IMG/VR virus record: IMGVR_UViG_3300033069_001819
Location: 5,241 to 69,240 of that record
DNA from: a virus
Lineage: Duplodnaviria; Caudoviricetes
DNA: 64,000 bases
Strand: one strand, 5' to 3'
Shown here piece after piece: positions 61,252 through 64,000 of the stretch. Each line of letters opens with the position of its first letter. Positions within the stretch are counted from its first letter, which is position 1. Made by a program: the position numbers and the translations under genes. The notes beneath the pieces are model-generated. The model was not told the origin of the DNA. It searched no databases and saw only the letters and a program-made list of their open reading frames with translations.

Positions 61252-62142
61252 GTGAGCGGACAAGACGATAGCTACATTGACCGGATCACGAGCGGTATTG
61301 AGTGGATCACGCCGGACATCGCGCAGAAGATCCTCGCGAACAATGCTCGCTCGGGCTTTCGCAACCGAACCCTGACACAGACTGTCGTGCAGCATTACGC
61401 CGCGGCGATGGCTGCCGGTGTCTGGGCCTGCAACGGCGAGCCGGTCGTCATCGGAACAGGCGACGAGCTTCTGGACGGTCAGCACCGTATACACGGCGTC
61501 ATTGTGTCGAATACCTCACACCGCATGCTTGTCGTGAGGAACATGTGCCCGAGTGTGTTCCGCACCATGGGCAGCGGTATGAAGCGCACGGCAGCCCAGG
61601 TGCTGGCCATGGCTGGACACAAGAATGCCTCTGTGCTGTCAGCCGCGGCGAAGTGGCTGAAGTACTGGGACGCGAACAATACGTTCCCGGACGCGGTCGC
61701 CGACCGGACACGCAATGTCGACCCGGCCATGGCCGAGCATGTGATCGAGAGGCACCCTGGCCTCGTCGACAGCGTGCGTTTCGTCATGTCCGCGCGTTCG
61801 ACGCCCTTCCACATCGCCCGCCCGCTGGCTGCTGTATTTCGCACGATTTTCTGCGAGTACGACGCGGTGAAAGGATCGCAGTTCTTCGCGGATCTGAACG
61901 ATATGCGGTTCGGTGGCGACGGCTGTCCCGTGCGGGCGCTGACCGCTGCGTACGCTTCCGCGCTCTCCTCGAATCGCATGGAAGCCAGCGCTCGTGTGCG
62001 GGCCGGTTTCTGGTTCAAGGCGTTTAACCTGTATCTTCGCGGCGAGGGCGTAAGCGTGCTGCGCTGCACGAGTTCGGACATCGAAGCGCTGCCTCGCTAT
62101 GTCTTTTCGCGACCAGGTCAAAAACTGGTTTTTGGCGACTAA
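61252..62142 (+). CDS. ParB/Srx-like (DGQHR) domain protein
   Basis: ITPDIAQKIL.NN...NR.L....V..YA..M..G.W...GEP...LLDGQHR; helical C-terminal domain. Confidence 0.8.
   Translation: MSGQDDSYIDRITSGIEWITPDIAQKILANNARSGFRNRTLTQTVVQHYAAAMAAGVWACNGEPVVIGTGDELLDGQHRIHGVIVSNTSHRMLVVRNMCPSVFRTMGSGMKRTAAQVLAMAGHKNASVLSAAAKWLKYWDANNTFPDAVADRTRNVDPAMAEHVIERHPGLVDSVRFVMSARSTPFHIARPLAAVFRTIFCEYDAVKGSQFFADLNDMRFGGDGCPVRALTAAYASALSSNRMEASARVRAGFWFKAFNLYLRGEGVSVLRCTSSDIEALPRYVFSRPGQKLVFGD
62119..62134. repeat. Dispersed palindrome copy 9 (CAAAAACTGGTTTTTG)
   Basis: Read directly; in the last codons of the ParB-like gene (QKLVFG). Confidence 0.95.
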
Positions 62143-62152
62143 ATTTTCCGCA

Positions 62153-62488
62153 ATGTCGTGTCACTATACATTGCAGAACTTAGGGACGAGCTATTCGTCC
62201 AGTTTTGTACAAGCACTACATGACATGCGGAGTTTTTTCATGTTCAATGCGATCGCAGAAATCGACATCTACAGCCACCCTGTCAACCTGGACGCCGAAG
62301 CGGCACGGGTCGCGAGGGAAGGCAACCTCCCGTCGACAGGCGGGTGGACGGCCCTTCGCAGGGCTACGATCGTCAACTTGTTCCGACAGCAGGCGCTAGG
62401 CCTCGCTCCGGTACAGGAAGACGACGCCGACCAATGGTTGGCGGATCGCGCACGAACAAGGGACGAACTGTATCGTCCCTGTTTCTGA
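62153..62488 (+). CDS. Hypothetical protein
   Basis: Probable ATG 62153. Confidence 0.5.
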   Translation: MSCHYTLQNLGTSYSSSFVQALHDMRSFFMFNAIAEIDIYSHPVNLDAEAARVAREGNLPSTGGWTALRRATIVNLFRQQALGLAPVQEDDADQWLADRARTRDELYRPCF

Positions 62489-62642
62489 CTACCCACGCTG
62501 TAGGCAAGGGCACGTCACAAGCAATCTGTCCGTCGTTCGCTCCATCCGTGGAGTGGCGGCGGCGTGCTTATGACGTGTTCCTGGCCTGCAGCGATATTCC
62601 CGGGACCGGACCGTTTTCCTTAGCCCTTGAAAAGGAGAGACC

Positions 62643-63074
62643 ATGTCAGCACTCGTAGCGTACGTGAACCAGCACACGCAGATGGTGTTCCCGACGAAAC
62701 CGCGCAAACGGCGGACGGACGAAGAAGCGGCACGTGTCGCGGATCTGTTTTTCTTCGAGGTCGAAGTCGACGCACAGGCGACGGCGGATAAGCTCCGCGA
62801 GCTAGTGGAAGGACACGCGTCCGAGCTGAGCCCGAATGACGGCGTAGAGCTGCTCAAGCCAGGCACGTCGTTCTCCTACATGCAGCTCGGAGCCTGGATC
62901 GGATCGCAGGAGCTGGCGCTGCGCCTTATGGGCCTGGGCAATGTCCTGGGCTTGTGGCAGCTGATCACACCGCGGCTTTTCGCCCGCATTTGCGACCTGA
63001 CTCAAGAGCAGGCGGAAGACATGGCGGGTAGAGGCTACGTCATGACACTCGTACCCAAGAAGGAACAGGCATGA
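62643..63074 (+). CDS. Hypothetical protein
   Basis: AAGGAG RBS; SYMQLGAWIGSQELALRLMGLG. Confidence 0.75.
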   Translation: MSALVAYVNQHTQMVFPTKPRKRRTDEEAARVADLFFFEVEVDAQATADKLRELVEGHASELSPNDGVELLKPGTSFSYMQLGAWIGSQELALRLMGLGNVLGLWQLITPRLFARICDLTQEQAEDMAGRGYVMTLVPKKEQA

Positions 63075-63694
63075 AAGAGAAGATTTCGGTCGAGGCGTTT
63101 TGCAATCGCTACGGGCTGGACAAGGACACGAGGCACTACCTCGGCCGGTTCCGCACGATGCGGGAAGCCTGGTACGAAGCGGACTCCTGGGCACTGATCC
63201 AGGGCGTGGCGCTGCAGCCAGGCGTACTTTCCGACTGGGCGTACGGACATCTGCTGCACAGGTACATACATCCGGTGTGGTCTTTCCTGATGTCGTGGTC
63301 CGGCGCTCGGGAGATCATAGGCTTGCCGTCCTCGCTGGCGGACACACCTCGCTGGCTGGCCAGGGAGTATCTGACCTGCACACGGATGAGCCGCAAGCAC
63401 AGCGCGGGTGCGACTCGCTGGCTGCGTCGGCACGCGCGGCCGGACTTCTCCATGGCGGCGCACACAGGACGGTACATACGGTCAATCCGGAGAGCAAAGT
63501 TCGACGTAGAATCGAAGTTCTCGTTCGACCTCGTGTCGTACGGTGGAGTGGTGTTCGAGGTCTCCGAAAACGAGCTCGAAGAAATAGACGTAAACTCTTT
63601 ACCTGTGCTGGACATCGTAGCCTCGAAGAAGATCGCGCCGTGTGTCGGCAGACAGTACGTATCGATGTCGTGCGAGTCTGAGACGCAGGGCTAA
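63071..63694 (+). CDS. Hypothetical protein, paralog of the next gene
   Basis: ISVEAFCNRYG...MREAW...PGVLSD. Confidence 0.7.
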   Translation: MKEKISVEAFCNRYGLDKDTRHYLGRFRTMREAWYEADSWALIQGVALQPGVLSDWAYGHLLHRYIHPVWSFLMSWSGAREIIGLPSSLADTPRWLAREYLTCTRMSRKHSAGATRWLRRHARPDFSMAAHTGRYIRSIRRAKFDVESKFSFDLVSYGGVVFEVSENELEEIDVNSLPVLDIVASKKIAPCVGRQYVSMSCESETQG

Positions 63695-63707
63695 AAACTG
63701 GTTTTTG
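63692..63707. repeat. Dispersed palindrome copy 10 (TAAAAACTGGTTTTTG)
   Basis: Read directly; overlaps the TAA stop of the upstream gene and abuts the GGAG RBS of ATG 63713. Confidence 0.95.
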
Positions 63708-63712
63708 GAGTC

Positions 63713-64000
63713 ATGCACATGCCGGACGATATGACGATTGAAGAGTTTTGCGACCGGTACGGCGCATGCCGTGAAGGGCGTGAATGGGCGATTCAAAATT
63801 GCTCATCCATGCGTGACGCATGGGGCAAGCTCAAAACAGTTTGGTTGATCTGGGTCGCAACGCGACCAGGTGTTCTGACTGACAAGGAGCTTCGGATGGG
63901 TGCTGTGTATTGTGCCCGAAGAGTCGAGCACCTTATGACAGACCGGAGATCAAAGGATGCAATTGCGGTTGCTGAGCGATTCGCAAATGGTGAAGCAACA
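63713..64000 (+). CDS. Partial hypothetical protein (3' truncated), paralog of the previous gene
   Basis: MHMPDDMTIEEFCDRYGACREG...MRDAW...RPGVLTDKELR...CARRV...DRRSKDAIAVAERFANGEA, open to the window end. Confidence 0.75.
   Translation, partial: MHMPDDMTIEEFCDRYGACREGREWAIQNCSSMRDAWGKLKTVWLIWVATRPGVLTDKELRMGAVYCARRVEHLMTDRRSKDAIAVAERFANGEAT

Noticed and set aside
1-64000. Stop-codon reassignment, as in some large phages
   Set aside because: Core genes are intact under the standard code, and TAA, TAG and TGA all end genes at sensible junctions.
1-64000. Frequent CGATCG and TCGA words (HIP1-like)
   Set aside because: Full GCGATCGC is only occasional, and the words follow from common ATC/GAT/GTC/GAC codons; not quantified, so not claimed.

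Overview
The window is a gene-dense, high-GC (roughly 60-63% by eye) segment of a large tailed dsDNA phage genome, probably a jumbo-type phage; the host is inferred to be a planctomycete. It contains (i) an accessory block with a DUF1257/DUF2997/Ycf46-like AAA ATPase module, CsrA-like proteins, a metallophosphoesterase, a Gp88-like protein and a stand-alone RNA polymerase alpha-CTD-like protein; (ii) an isolated minus-strand terminase large subunit; (iii) an AT-rich, hairpin-flanked candidate origin near 20.5-20.9 kb; (iv) a recombination/replication cluster (SbcD, SbcC, UvsW-like helicase, DnaB-like helicase, primase, UDG-fused family A polymerase, dTMP kinase, putative SSB with a Tyr-hexapeptide low-complexity tail, RecA, DEDDh exonuclease, RuvC); (v) a probable portal followed by glycosyltransferase-like genes; (vi) a cluster of glycine-zipper proteins, an SF2 helicase and a Dps-like protein that share K-x-A/G motifs; and (vii) a ParB-like gene. 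The most striking unexplained signal is a 14-16 bp AT-rich palindrome, (Y)AAAAACYRGTTTTT(G), found 8 times exactly and 3 times with one deviation across the whole window, both just upstream of ribosome-binding sites and inside coding sequences. I saw no tRNA, rRNA, CRISPR array, integrase or intein. All family assignments come from motif recognition by eye, with no database searches.
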